From the NCBI GenBank assembly GCA_964016885.1, contig OZ024743.1:223200001-223264000 (forward strand): a DNA stretch of 64,000 nucleotides, read 5' to 3'. Within the stretch, counting starts at the first letter, position 1. Each line of letters starts with the position of its first letter. Positions 1 through 12,143 of this stretch are shown in pieces. Position numbers and translations under genes: made by a program. The stretch comes from Eledone cirrhosa. Taxonomy: Eukaryota. The notes under the pieces were generated by a model. The model searched no databases, was not told the origin of the DNA, and was given only the letters and a program-made list of their open reading frames with translations.

Positions 1-89
1 TAGGGCATACATGTATCTGTGGAATGCCCAGCCACTTACACTTTAATTTCATGAGCAAGCTGTACTATTGATTAAACAACAGGAACACT

Positions 90-512
90 CATCTGGCAAC
101 TGACTTGGTAGACACCCACAAAATTATTGGCCAACAACAACCCTGAGCACCTTTTTGAATTCCTAACACCCATGGGCATACCTACAAAGTCAGAAAACAG
201 CACAGCTCCCATGACTTTCGGAAACATTTTTTCACACTCAGAGTTGCTGAAGCATGGAACAAACTACTTACATCGATTGTTAGCTGTCGGGACACTGCAT
301 TCTTCAAAACTTCCATGCTTCCCGAAATTCGCCAACACTACATCTAATATTCCCCCTTTATACACATGCACACTTGTATCTGTGTATATATACTCATACA
401 CTGTTCATTTTCCTGATATTTGTACATTATTCTATGTACTATACATGCACCTTTGATGAGTTGTAGTGCATCAGAGCACTGTATACAATAATTTTTATTA
501 TTATTATAATTA
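90..512 (+). mobile_element. CR1-type LINE 3' fragment
   Basis: Same ORF2 C-terminus and 3' UTR as the full element, with (TTA)n tail. Confidence 0.85.
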
Positions 513-561
513 TTAATGCCAACAAAGATCTATTCCAATATCCCAGAGAGTAATAACTTAC

Positions 562-668
562 CTGCCACTGTTAACATCCCACAAGGTGACTGTACGGTCA
601 AATGATCCAGTGATAAGTTGTGTACCTGTACAGTTGAATGCAATAGAAATAATCTCTTCGCTGTGGCC
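562..668 (-). CDS. DAW1: DAW1 coding exon 9
   Basis: tttcag|...|gtaagt; [35 protein letters not shown]. Confidence 0.93.
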
Positions 669-3600
669 CTGAAACAGTTAAAATTGATTTTGGTTTTTTT
701 TTTTTTTTCACTAAATGAAATCAATCCCCAAATCATCATCATCACTACTACCACCACCACTATTACTACTACTACTACCACCACTACTACTAACACCACC
801 ATTACTACTAACACCACCACTAGTACTACCACCAACACTACTACTACCACTGCCACTACTACTACCACCACCACCATTACTACTAACACCACTACTACTA
901 ACACTACCACCACCACCACCACTACTACTACCACCACCACCACCACCACTACTTCTACAAACACCACCACTACTACTAACACCTAACACTACCATCACTA
1001 CTAACACCACACTACTACTACCCCTACCATCACATCTTTGCCATCATCCCCTTTCACCATCCTCTTCACCACCACTATCTTTACTGGTGCCACCACCAAT
1101 ACTAAAATACCAATCAACTTACTGATAGAGTAAACAGCTCTTTCCCGGTCTGCACGTCCCACAGCTTTGCATCAGTATCCATACTACCAGTTGCAACAAT
1201 GGTACTTTGGGGGTTAAAACTCAGACAAACCTGGGAAAAGGTAATAAAAATAACAAGGAAGAGAAAAAAACAACTAGTGACTGATTTACTATTAGTCTAT
1301 TTTTTAGAGCAAATTTTACCACCAGGTACTGTAGCCAAGTGGTCTAAGACGCTGGTTTTAGGCACCATTCTCTTTGGAGGCATGGGTTTGAATCCCATTG
1401 CTACCAAGCAATATTTTTTCTTCAAAACTTCTATGGTTCCCAAAATTCACAAACACTAGACATGATATTCACCCTCCATACACACACACATACACACATG
1501 TATCTGTGTGTAATCATGACTCATACACTGTTTACTTTCCTGACATTTGTCATTATTCTATGTACTATACATGCACTTTTGCACTGTACACAACAATTTT
1601 CATTATCGTTATTTTATAACATGTAAATGAAGATCTTTCTTAAAACAAAGTGTATACACCTGGATTTATGGAAATGTGTTGAACCTTTGTATGATAAATT
1701 CCAATGACAAGTATTCCAGTTGATTTAATCAACAGAACAGCCAGCTCGTGAAATTAACGTGTGAGTGGCTGAGCATTCCATAGACATGTTTACCCTTAAC
1801 GTAATTCTCAGGAAGATTCAGTGTGACACAATGTATGACAAAGCTATACTATGAACATCTACAGTTTCTGTCAAGTCTTGTGTTGACCCAAAGTTGGTTA
1901 CAAAGCAAGCTTATTCACCCTTTCAGGATCATATTTATTTCTTATGAAATCCACTGTTTGGTTAAATTGATAAAGGATTTTGTGAGATTTACTGAAATTC
2001 TTAATTATATTCTTATTAAGATGGTATTTTGTGATATTTACTTAAATTCTTAATTATATCCTCATTAAGATGGTATTTTGTGAGATTTACTCAAATTCTT
2101 AATTATCAAGATGGTATTTTGTAACACAACTTCACAAAAAGTTATTTTATCAAATTATGTTGGAATATTTTAATTTAAATAGGGACCCTTTAAAAGAGGT
2201 GGTTTGGGTAGGCTGTTTTCAAAAGGGTTAACTACATAGCCATGTATACACAAACACATATGCCTGCATACACATTATATACAGGGTTGGACCTTGGGGG
2301 GCCCGGTGCACTTCAGGTTTGGGAGTCTTATCATACACTAAAAATTAGAATACACAGCTACCCCCCCCCCCCCCCCCCCCCCCATTTTACATATCAAAGT
2401 TAGCTTGGTGCAAGTAATTGGAAATGAAAAGTTATACATACAGGTATTAAATTCAAAAATTCTAACTATCCTAAAACTTAAAAGCTCGGCTGAGGGCACA
2501 AATAAATTGCTATGGCTGTCGCTGGTGGGCCCCCTACCACTGCAGGAGGCAAGGGGCAATTGCCCCTCTTTGCCCCCTCCCCTTAAATCCAGCCCTACAT
2601 ATATATACGCAAAAACACATGCATGCTTACAGATACATATATACACAAACACAGATACACATGTATTCATACACATACATATAGACACACAAAAACACAC
2701 ACATACACACACCAACACACATGCAAACACACACAAATACGTGTACATGCCAACACATGCGTACACATATATAAACACACAAACACATGCACATATATGT
2801 ATATACACACAAACACACATATGCTGTGTTGTTGTTGAACATCCATTGCTTCCAACAATGAACATTTCAGCTGTTTGATCAATGGATCAGCCTGCAAATC
2901 TTATGTGCAGTGGCTGAGCATTCCCTAGTCATATGTACTCTTAATGTAGTTTTCAGGGAGATTCAGCTTGAAACAGAATCTAACACGGCTGGTCCTATGA
3001 ATTACAGATAAAACTCATTTTTTCCCAGTAGTGTGAACTGAAACAATGTGAAATAAAGTGTCTTGTTCAATGCCACAATGTGATGCCAGGAATCAAACTC
3101 ATGACTTTACAATAGTGAGCTGAACACTCTAACCACTAAGCTATGTGCCTTCACATATACATATGCAGGCACACACACACACACAGGCAGGCGCACACAC
3201 ACACATGCCTATACTCATAGACACACGTTTGCATACACACCTACAAGCATGCAGACTCACACATGCCTGCATATACACAGACACACACACACACCCGTAT
3301 ATATGTATACACACATGCACTTGCACACACACACACACACACACAGACAGACACACATACTCACATACACACTCATGCCTGTACTCATAGACACACATGT
3401 ATGCATACACACACACCTATACATATGTATATATACACACACACACATGCGTGCACATACACACCTATACATATGTATACACACATGCCTGCATATACCC
3501 ACACCCACCCACACATATGTATACACACATGCCTGCATACACATATGCCTGCATACACACACACACATGTATGTACCCCCCACCCCCACATATGCACTTG

Positions 3601-6600
3601 CACACACACACAGACATTAAACAAAAGAGATATGTGATAGAAACTTAACAATTTCCGCAGTGTGGCCTCGGTGTGTTCGGTAACAATGTCCTGTTTCTGT
3701 ACTCCATAATCGGAATGTCTTATCAAAAGATCCAGTGGCTATTTTGTCTCTGTGAAGAAAGGAACATGGCAGAGAGAGACATTGTAGAAATAAACTGCAG
3801 TAATTCAGTTGGTCAATCTCAGATCATTTATCTCTCATGAAAGATTTACAGTAATGATGACAACCTGACCTGATAAATATAATGGTGGTGGTAGTGGTGG
3901 TGGTGATGATAGTGGTGGTGGTGGTGATGGTAGTGGTGATGATGGTGGTAGTGGCGGTAATGGTGCTGTTAGTGGTGATGGTGGCGGCAGTGGTGGTGAT
4001 GGTGCCTGTGGCAGCAGTGGTGGGGGTGTGTGGTAAGAATGATGATGATACTAAATATGAAGGCGGTGATGATAAGGATGGTGATAATGATGAGGATAGT
4101 AACGATGGTGATGGTAGGTGGTGATGATAATTGTGCTGCTGCTTATGATTTTCAATACAATTATTAGTAGTAGTAGAAAGATTTCATATCTAGCAGGATC
4201 TACATTACCTTTTGTTGTTATGGAGGTTAATAAAAAGTAACAGTCAAGTACTGGAATCAATATAATTAACCCCACCCATCAACCAATATTGTGGCCTTGT
4301 ACCTGGCCTATGTTAAAAAAGAATTATATTATTGTTACTATTAACCCCTTTCATACCAAACCACCTAGATCTATGGTACAAAACTGTTCTAAAGTGTTTA
4401 TATTTACCTAAAATAACCTCCCATCATAATTTTATGTAGGAAACTTTCTGCCCAATAATCTAACAGCTCGGCCAATTCACCATTTACCGCCTCTTAATAT
4501 GCAGTAATAATATTAATATTTTTTTTTAAACATATGCAAAATATAAGGCTACAAATTTGCTTGAGAGACATGTCTTATTATGTTGATTCAAGTACTTGAC
4601 TGATATATAGTGCATTGACCTCATAAAAAAGAAAAGCAAAGTGTAGTAATCTTTTGTAAATCATAAACATTGTATAAACTGTAAGCATAAATGGCTTAAC
4701 CCTTTAGCATTTACATTACTCTATATTTACTATTGTATTTTCACAGTAAAGGCTGTATCTCACATAATATCGAATCTATGAGATTTTGAGATTATTTATT
4801 TTGAGAACAATAACTTAATATCAGTATGAGTGGCTGGTTATGGCTGGAGAATTGGTGAGAGAATTCTCGCCGGATACATACGGTTTAAATGCTAAACGGT
4901 TAAATGTTCTTACAACAAACAACCAGGATGCAATACAGTGCTGAACATGAAAATAATCTTCCACTGCTGTCTAACAAAGTGATAGCAGCTAAAGTGATAG
5001 TGGTCTTCAAAGATTAGCATTTACCACCTTTTCTAGAATAAGAATGGCTGGCGTACCCAAAGGGATTATTAAATGTGATTGCATAGACAACATTGTTGTG
5101 GCCGTAGAGTGTGTGGAGTTCTTCTCCGGAGGCTGTATCCCATATCTTACATGTACGGTCGTAACTTCCAGTGATGAAGCTGCAATAGACAATGAGATTT
5201 CTCCATATTACTACTTTGGTGTTAAATCTTAACCATGGCATCATCAAAGAATATAGTTACAACAACACCAGCAGCAGTAACACCAACAGGAGCACCAGCA
5301 ACAACAACAACAGGAGTAGTGGTAACACCAACAGGAGCACCAGCAACAACAACAGGAGTAGTGGTAACAACAACAGGAGTAGTGGTAACAACAACAGGAG
5401 TACCAGTAACAACAACAACAACAATAATGTGAGTAATAAAAGTAAAAGTAACAAGGTAAATGCTTGTAATAAGAAGAACAACAAAACTACTCCACCCTAG
5501 ATGTGACGCCAGTCTATTGCAGGATTAACTCCCAGCAGCAGTTGGTACTCATTTTTTCTATCTGAGGGTATAGGAGTTTGTAAAATAATGTATCTTGCTC
5601 AAGGATCCAATGTACCATCCAATCTGGAATCAAATTCACTACCATATAATTGTGATCCCAACATCCTAACCATTAGGCCACACACCTTTAAAACAAATAC
5701 AACAGCAATAAGTACTATTATTTCTAGCACAAGGAGGGTGGTGGATTGACAGAGTTGGTAGAGCATCAGACAAATGTTTTACGGCTCTTTATATTCTGAG
5801 TTCAACCGGGGTCAATAAAATAACGTACCAGTCCAGTACTCAAGTCAATATAATTAGTGAGGCACTAACAACTTTGCTGTATCAGTAGAAGTCTTCTTGT
5901 GAATGTGACCTGGGCAATACTGTCAGCAGCGATTTGCATTGGACGAAGCACGTCTCTAAAATTGTCAAGAAGGCCGAGGATATCATAGCATAACTCAGCA
6001 AGACCTTTGTCAGCTGCTCTCCAGCTATCTATTTAAAGCTGTATATAGCTATGGTGCGGCCACACTTAGAATTTGCATCAGCAGTTTAGAACCCCTATCT
6101 TGCTCAGAACATTGACTGCCTGGAAACTGTTCAGAGACGTGCAACCAAGCGAATACCCTCCATCAGGCATCTACCATACTCTGAACACCTTACTTCCCTG
6201 GGCATGGATACATTGGAGCTCCGACGTCTGGCAGCTGATACCCACAAAATTATTAGCCATCTTGCCAACAACAACTCTGAGTATCGTTTTGATTTCCATG
6301 TGTCTAACACCTGTGGGCATGCCCACAAAGTCAGAAAACAGTACAGTTCCCATGACTTTTGGAAACATTTTTTCACGCTCAGAGTTGCTGAAGCATGGAA
6401 CAAACTACCTGCATCAGTTGTTAGCTGTCGAGACACTGCATCCTTTAAAACCTCCATGCTTCCTGAGATTCGGCAACACTACACCTAATATTCCCCCTCC
6501 ATACACACGCACACATGTATATGACTCATACACTATTCACTTCCCTGACATTTGTATATTATTCTATGTACTATACATGCACCTTTGATGAGTTGTAGTG

Positions 6601-8092
6601 CACCTGAGCACTACACAATAATTTCATTATTATTAAAGAGTAATTGTAGTAGAAGCAATACAACAACACCAAGAACAATAACATAAACATTACATGAGAT
6701 CCTAGATTATAAACAACAGTCACAATAACAATGAGCTTACCAAGAACCAGACTTGTTAAACGCCACGTTAGTCAGTGGCAATATATGAGCTCTAAGTACC
6801 TGGAAGTAGAAAATACAGCAAATCAAATAGTGTCTTACATTTCTTATCTGTTACCATTCTAACATAACAACTATTACATTATGATCTACCGGTGATCAAA
6901 AGGTGGTAAAATGGCAGAGTCATTAGGGTGTTAAACCTAACATAACAACCATTACATCATGATCTACCCTTAAATTGAATATTCACACTTATTTATGTTT
7001 TTAAAATGTATTAAAATATTACAACTAGAATTATGATGTAGAATGATAATAAAATAAATATGATGTACAAACCCTTCACCTGATATTCAAAGTTTAAGCC
7101 CATTTATTTATTTTTTAATGCCTGCTCAAATTAATGTGAATCTTATATAAGATCATGCATCTTTTAAACCATCAAATATGGTATACATTCTCAATAGTTT
7201 TATTAACCAAGACACATAGATTTAACCCTTTCATTACCATATTTCTAATAAAATTTTCATGGAAGGTTTTTTTAGATGGTTACAAAAACTTTAAACCAAA
7301 CAGTTTTGTAACGTAAACCCAGGAAATGTTTCGTGTGTATTCCAGTTTTTGTATTGAATGGGATAATTGTTTTCAGAGAAATATAAACAGGAAAATAGAA
7401 ATTTCTAGAAATAACTGTTATGTACTTACCTTGAACAGGTAAAACTCATGGTCTACAGAGAGAGACAGCTTTTCCTGTAAACGTACTTCTGATTAAGGAA
7501 TTTTATATAAAGAACAATTCATTATCCTTTTAGACAGGATTTGAAAGGAAGGCCATTCAAATTATCAGTAAAATAAGACCTGGTACCAGAATATTTAGTG
7601 CCCTAGGCTAGCATTACAATATGCACTTCCTTCATCCAGTTATGTACCTTATTCACCTTATGAAAAATAATTTCAACTTACAGTTTTTGCATTTCTTGCT
7701 TCGACCACAATAAGAAAATTACTAAGCCTGCATTTCCCACTACACAGTTCACACTCACCCATGCCAAATAATGTTACAGGTAATAACACCTATGACTCTC
7801 TACCATGATGCTGCCATGTGACAAAGATGTTTAGTGATTTACTTATTGATCACAAAAGATTTAAATTAATTATACAAATTTCTATAAAACTGTGATTCTT
7901 TAAGTTTCAATGTGCCTCTCTGATGTGGATGTCCTAGGGAGCTGACTTGTTGGTTTAATAACAGTGCTGAGTAAAATGTGAGGAGGAGGATCCTCTTTCA
8001 CCAAACCTTTCAGCATATAGGTTGTTGATATGATGCTTAGTGCACCAAAGACAAAACCCCAAGAACTCAAATTACTGATATAGCTTCTTCTT

Positions 8093-8148
<56 letters not shown>

Positions 8149-11100
8149 ACTGCTACTACTACAAATGTCACTTGCAATCGAGTATGACTTGGTAGCATTT
8201 ACCATATTTTTCACTAAAGGTTTTAGGTGCCCATGCAGTCATGAACTGACACAGACACTCTATTGACACCACTTCATTTGATCCAGCATTCTGCTGGATC
8301 CAGGATATGAAAGCTAGAAGAAGAGAGGGCTGCACAAGCACTGGGTTGGTGCTTTGTTTATCAACCATAAAAGCATAGTGTTTCTCATTGGGATTTGAAC
8401 TCAGAATGCAGAGACCCAGAACAAATGGTATAATGTCACAGCCATAATTAAATAAACATCACCTTACCCTTGTATTGTGTTTGGTTTCTCATTTGCACAC
8501 CAAACCTAATTTTTTTTATTAGTAAGCTGATGTTTGGAACATCATTTTTACGTCCGTTCTTCCATGCTTGTATGGGTTGGACAGGTCCTTCTCAATATAG
8601 CATCTCTTCATATGCCATGTTCCTTCATTATCTCCTCTGTGAGCTTAAGCAATTTGAGGTCAGCTCTCACCACCATTACTTAACCAAAAATTCTTGCATA
8701 ATATTATGTTGGAAGGTTATAATATAAGTACCCTTTAACGCTTTTCTTTATTATATTTCTATTGAAACACACTGCTGATGATTTTCAAATATATTTAAAA
8801 AAAAAAAAAAAATCAATAACTTTGAGGGATTTAGTAATATAACTAAATTTCTCATTATTAAACTAGCATTTGGAACATAAAATTATGATGGAAGGTTTTT
8901 AGACAAATATAAACATTTTCAAACAGTTTTGTATTACAGAACTAGGAGTGGTTTTTGGTAACATTATGGTTAAAACAACTAGTTTCATATAATAGAACAA
9001 GGAGTTGTTTGGGGCAATACCATTCAATTTTTCCTTTCATTATTTTTTACATACAGTGTCAGACAATATGCTTTGCAGCATATAGTTACAGCCCTTTACG
9101 TTCTGAATTCAAATACCGCAGAGGCTAGCTTTGCCTTTCATCCTTATGAGGTCAATAAAATAAAGTACCTGGTTACACACTGGGGTTGATTTAATCACCC
9201 CCCTCCTCAAATTCTTGGCCTAAATCAGAAACAATTATTTTTTACATACAGTGTCAAACAATATGCTTTGCAGCATATAGTTATGTCCCTTTACGTTCTG
9301 AGTTCAAACACTGCCAAGGCTAGTTTTTGCATTTCCTCCTTACAGGGATGATAAAATAAAGTACCAGTAACACACTGGGATCGATTTAATTAACTTTCCC
9401 CCCAAAAAAATTCTTGGCCTTGTGTCTAAATCAGAAACCATTATTTTCTACATACAGTTGGGGAGAGGGACTGAATGAATAGAAAATGGAATAAGAAGAG
9501 TACTTCTGACTGTACTGGAATTGAGGAAAAAATTTGAATTTAACAGAAGGATATGAGAAATGAGTGTTTTCAACTGTCCTGATTTTGCAGCAGTGACTAA
9601 TGGTTCCTTCAAGATGATCTCATCTACAAGAGCTTCAACATTGGTGCTGCAATAAATATCATGTACATGGGGGATCTATTAATATACAACAACAACGCTT
9701 TAAACACACATACATACACAGATTCATACATATATATATATGATGGCTGCAACTCGATTTCGATTAATGCCATTGCTTGATACTTAAGTATGATTATCAG
9801 AGACGTGGCTTTTTAGTCCTGCTAGGGACTTGCCTATGGCCAGCAATACCATGCATCGTAAAAATATGTCATATATCAACTGATGCCTGTGCTTGAAGCT
9901 TTTTTAAGTGAGGAAACGCTTTGCACGGGGCCAATCCCACTCTCTGAACACCGAATACATTTGCCCCAAAAGAACTGGTCTACATCATTGGATGCAAACG
10001 AAGTCACAGGTTTTATATCAGAGTGACCTTCTCTTACTCCCAGAGAGATGTCTTAATGAGGCTAGGAGTCTCTCGCTCCACAAAATAAACAAAAAAACTT
10101 TATCGACTCCCTTGAGTTCCTCCACCCTTTGACAGGTTTTGTTTTTCCTCTTGCAGGGTGTCTAAAATCACCCCGCTCACCAAGCAAGCTTGGTGGGGCT
10201 GTCAGATTATTCGCCGACGACCCAAACATCCACAGGTTGTGATGGGTTACATGTTACCAGTAGTGCTGAAGAGAGACCTGACATAACATACATACATATG
10301 TTCATAAGTCACCCAAACCATTTTGTAGTGGTGCCATGATGAAATGCCCTCAGTATACTCCGTAAAGTCATAATGTTGGTGCATCGATAAAATGCAACCA
10401 GTAAACTCTGTGAAGTGGTTGGTATAAGGAAGGGCATCCAATTGTAGAAACCATGTCAAATATGTCTATCTTGAACCCGTCTCATCTTGAACTGTGATGA
10501 TCTGTACAACCCATGTCAGCATAGAAAAATTAAAGTAAAATGATATTGGTAATGATTATGATGAGTAAGGTACAAATTACTTACTGAGCTTTTAAGTCAA
10601 GTAAATCAATGGTCTTTGACTTGACTTCTCCACTTTTCTCATATTCTAGAATGATACCTGTTACAATGTAGAAGAGAATTACATGGCATTTGTAAATGAT
10701 GGAAAAGCATAACATTTTTGGCCTTTTTTGGACACACAAACACACAGATGTTTTAAGATGAAAATTTGTTGTTTTATAAATAACATGTTGTACATGCTGG
10801 CAGTCTTAACTCTTTCATTATTATAATAGAAAGACATGAGCCAGAAAGGAGTTTCAGAGCGCCGAGATTTTCTATTAAAAACAAAATTTAATAAAGGTTA
10901 TAAAAATTATTTCTCAATAAAAGTTATCCAAGATCCCAGTTAAAACATTTACAACGAATTTTTACTATAAATATCATTGTTAGAGCGACTAAAAATGTAA
11001 ACAAACAAGGTTTAAATTCTCAGTCAACATTTTAAAGTCAAGGCCCGAGAAGGAGTGGACCAACTACCTCTGGGAGGCATCGATACCAAGTGATGCTCAA

Positions 11101-11380
11101 TACTCAGAATAGGATAATCTCTACCTTGGTGTGAGTCTAATTACCCTACCTGGTACCAAATGACCATACTGAAGATATATACTTAAGATATATTTCTGAG
11201 GTCCAGCTAATCTGCAACCAACTTATTTTATTATCGATAACGTAATGCATTAATAAATAATCTTAATCGTAATTTTTCCTTCAGAGACCATGCTTTAAAG
11301 TAAATACAATAAAACTATCGATAAAATGTAAATAATATACCTGGTGGGTAATATCGTAGCAGGAATCTTTTCAGCTTCAT
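562..11380 (-). CDS. DAW1: Dynein assembly factor with WD repeats 1 (DAW1/WDR69/ODA16), spliced, 3' part outside window
   Basis: Exons 11341-11380, 10585-10657, 9555-9646, 7430-7482, 6741-6799, 5057-5179, 3650-3749, 1123-1230, 562-668 splice in frame (755 nt): [35 protein letters not shown]...RLQEKL...[39 protein letters not shown]... WD40 repeats; matches the DAW1 N-terminus as I recall it. Confidence 0.95.
735..1030. repeat. (ACC/ACT)n microsatellite
   Basis: Direct reading. Confidence 0.95.
1123..1230 (-). CDS. DAW1: DAW1 coding exon 8
   Basis: tcccag|...|gtaagt; [36 protein letters not shown]. Confidence 0.93.
1325..1406 (+). pseudogene. tRNA-Leu(TAG)-derived pseudogene
   Basis: GGTACTGTAGCCAAGTGGTCTAAGACGCTGGTTTTAGGCACC...GGGTTTGAATCCCATTGCTACCA, 82 nt with long variable arm; T-loop TTCGA changed to TTTGA and stem mismatches. 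Confidence 0.75.
1425..1616 (+). mobile_element. CR1-type LINE 3' UTR fragment
   Basis: gactcatacactgt...ttctatgtactatacatgcac shared with the other copies. Confidence 0.7.
2600..3615. repeat. CA/TA-rich low-complexity tracts (2600-2825, 3150-3615)
   Basis: Direct reading. Confidence 0.9.
3650..3749 (-). CDS. DAW1: DAW1 coding exon 7
   Basis: tcacag|...|gttaag; [33 protein letters not shown]. Confidence 0.9.
3882..4130. repeat. (GGT/GAT)n microsatellite
   Basis: Direct reading. Confidence 0.9.
4700..4899. mobile_element. piggyBac-like MITE
   Basis: TTAA|CCCTTTAGCATTTA...TAAATGCTAAA(C/G)GG|TTAA; also 30931-31089, 31565-31863, 58206-58421, 58851-59070. Confidence 0.75.
5057..5179 (-). CDS. 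DAW1: DAW1 coding exon 6
   Basis: ttgcag|...|gtacgc; [40 protein letters not shown]. Confidence 0.93.
5258..5430. repeat. (AAC)n-rich minisatellite
   Basis: Direct reading. Confidence 0.9.
5903..6635 (+). mobile_element. CR1-type LINE 3' fragment
   Basis: Degenerate [16 protein letters not shown]...WNKLP, 3' UTR and tail. Confidence 0.88.
6741..6799 (-). CDS. DAW1: DAW1 coding exon 5
   Basis: ttccag|...|gtaagc; [19 protein letters not shown]. Confidence 0.93.
7430..7482 (-). CDS. DAW1: DAW1 coding exon 4
   Basis: ttccttaatcagaagtac|GT TTA CAG GAA AAG...TTC AAG|gtaagt; [18 protein letters not shown]. Confidence 0.9.
7483..9554 (-). other. U12-type (minor spliceosome) AT-AC intron in DAW1
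   Basis: 5' end ATATCCTT (9554-9547), branch site TTCCTTAAT (7500-7492), 3' end AC (7484-7483); removal restores KTLISRLQEKL. Confidence 0.9.
9555..9646 (-). CDS. DAW1: DAW1 coding exon 3 (followed by AT-AC intron)
   Basis: ttgcag|...[30 protein letters not shown]|atatcctt. Confidence 0.9.
10585..10657 (-). CDS. DAW1: DAW1 coding exon 2
   Basis: aacag|...|gtaagt; [24 protein letters not shown]. Confidence 0.93.
11341..11380 (-). CDS. DAW1: DAW1 coding exon 1
   Basis: ATG AAG CTG AAA AGA...CCA CCA G|gtatat; [13 protein letters not shown]. Confidence 0.93.
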
Positions 11381-11446
11381 TTTTTTTTTCAATTTCAACG
11401 TTCCCACAGGAATCTTATCAAGTAGCGACTTGTTTTGTTTCCACCA

Positions 11447-11460
11447 GTTGTCGTGGTGAC
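11447..11460. promoter_or_regulatory. RFX X-box-like motif upstream of DAW1
   Basis: GTTGTCGTGGTGAC, close to RTHNYY-WT-RRNRAC, 67-80 nt upstream of the ATG of a motile-cilia gene. Confidence 0.55.
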
Positions 11461-12143
11461 TAAAGGGGAGGCAACACTAGAAACTATTTCAAAACAGAAA
11501 TAAAAGCGGTATCGGAAAGGTCTATAAATGCCATAAATGAGAGGAAAGGGGGGAAAGAGCAAGGACTACCAGACAAAAGGAGAAAGAAAGGGGGAAAACA
11601 AACGTATTTAAACAATTTTTCTTCTAATTTGCTGTGAAATTGCTGATATCTCTTGGCTGTCTTTTGTGAAAACACTTTTATCAGTTTTTCCACAAAGGCG
11701 TTGCTGAGATACAAGGTTCATATATATGGAGTGTATTGGTTTTTGTTTTGGCTGTGAATATCTTAAATATAAAACAAAAAAATACTTTTCAAGGCCCACG
11801 CTACCATTAAGGCCAACTAGACAGCTGCCCAGGACGCATGCTTCAAAAAACTGCATTATTGATAAATAATAATAATAATAATGAAATTATTGTGTACAGT
11901 GCTCAGGTGCACTACAACTCATCAAAGGTGCATGTATAGTACATAGAATAATGTACAAATGTCAGGAAAATAAACAGTGTATGAGTCATGATATAATAAC
12001 AATAACAATAATGAAATATTGTGCACAGTGCCCAGGTGCACCACAACCCATCAAAAAAGTGCATGTACAGTACATAGGGCAATGCACAAACATCAGTAAA
12101 ATGAACAGTGCACACATGTGTGCATGTGTATGGAAGGGGCACA

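Noticed and set aside
530-1125. Poly-Thr/Val/Pro-Leu ORFs
   Set aside because: Translations of an intronic trinucleotide microsatellite; only 562-668 and the next exon are real coding sequence
1325-1406. Functional tRNA-Leu gene
   Set aside because: B-box C is mutated and acceptor/anticodon stems are mismatched; tRNAscan-SE would decide
2338-3726. His/Thr- and Cys/Val-rich ORFs
   Set aside because: CA/TA low-complexity artefacts, apart from the DAW1 exon at 3650-3749
9450-9554. GT-AG extension of DAW1 exon 3 to the gtatgt donor near 9454
   Set aside because: Would insert about 33 non-homologous residues; the AT-AC solution gives a gap-free match with full U12 consensus
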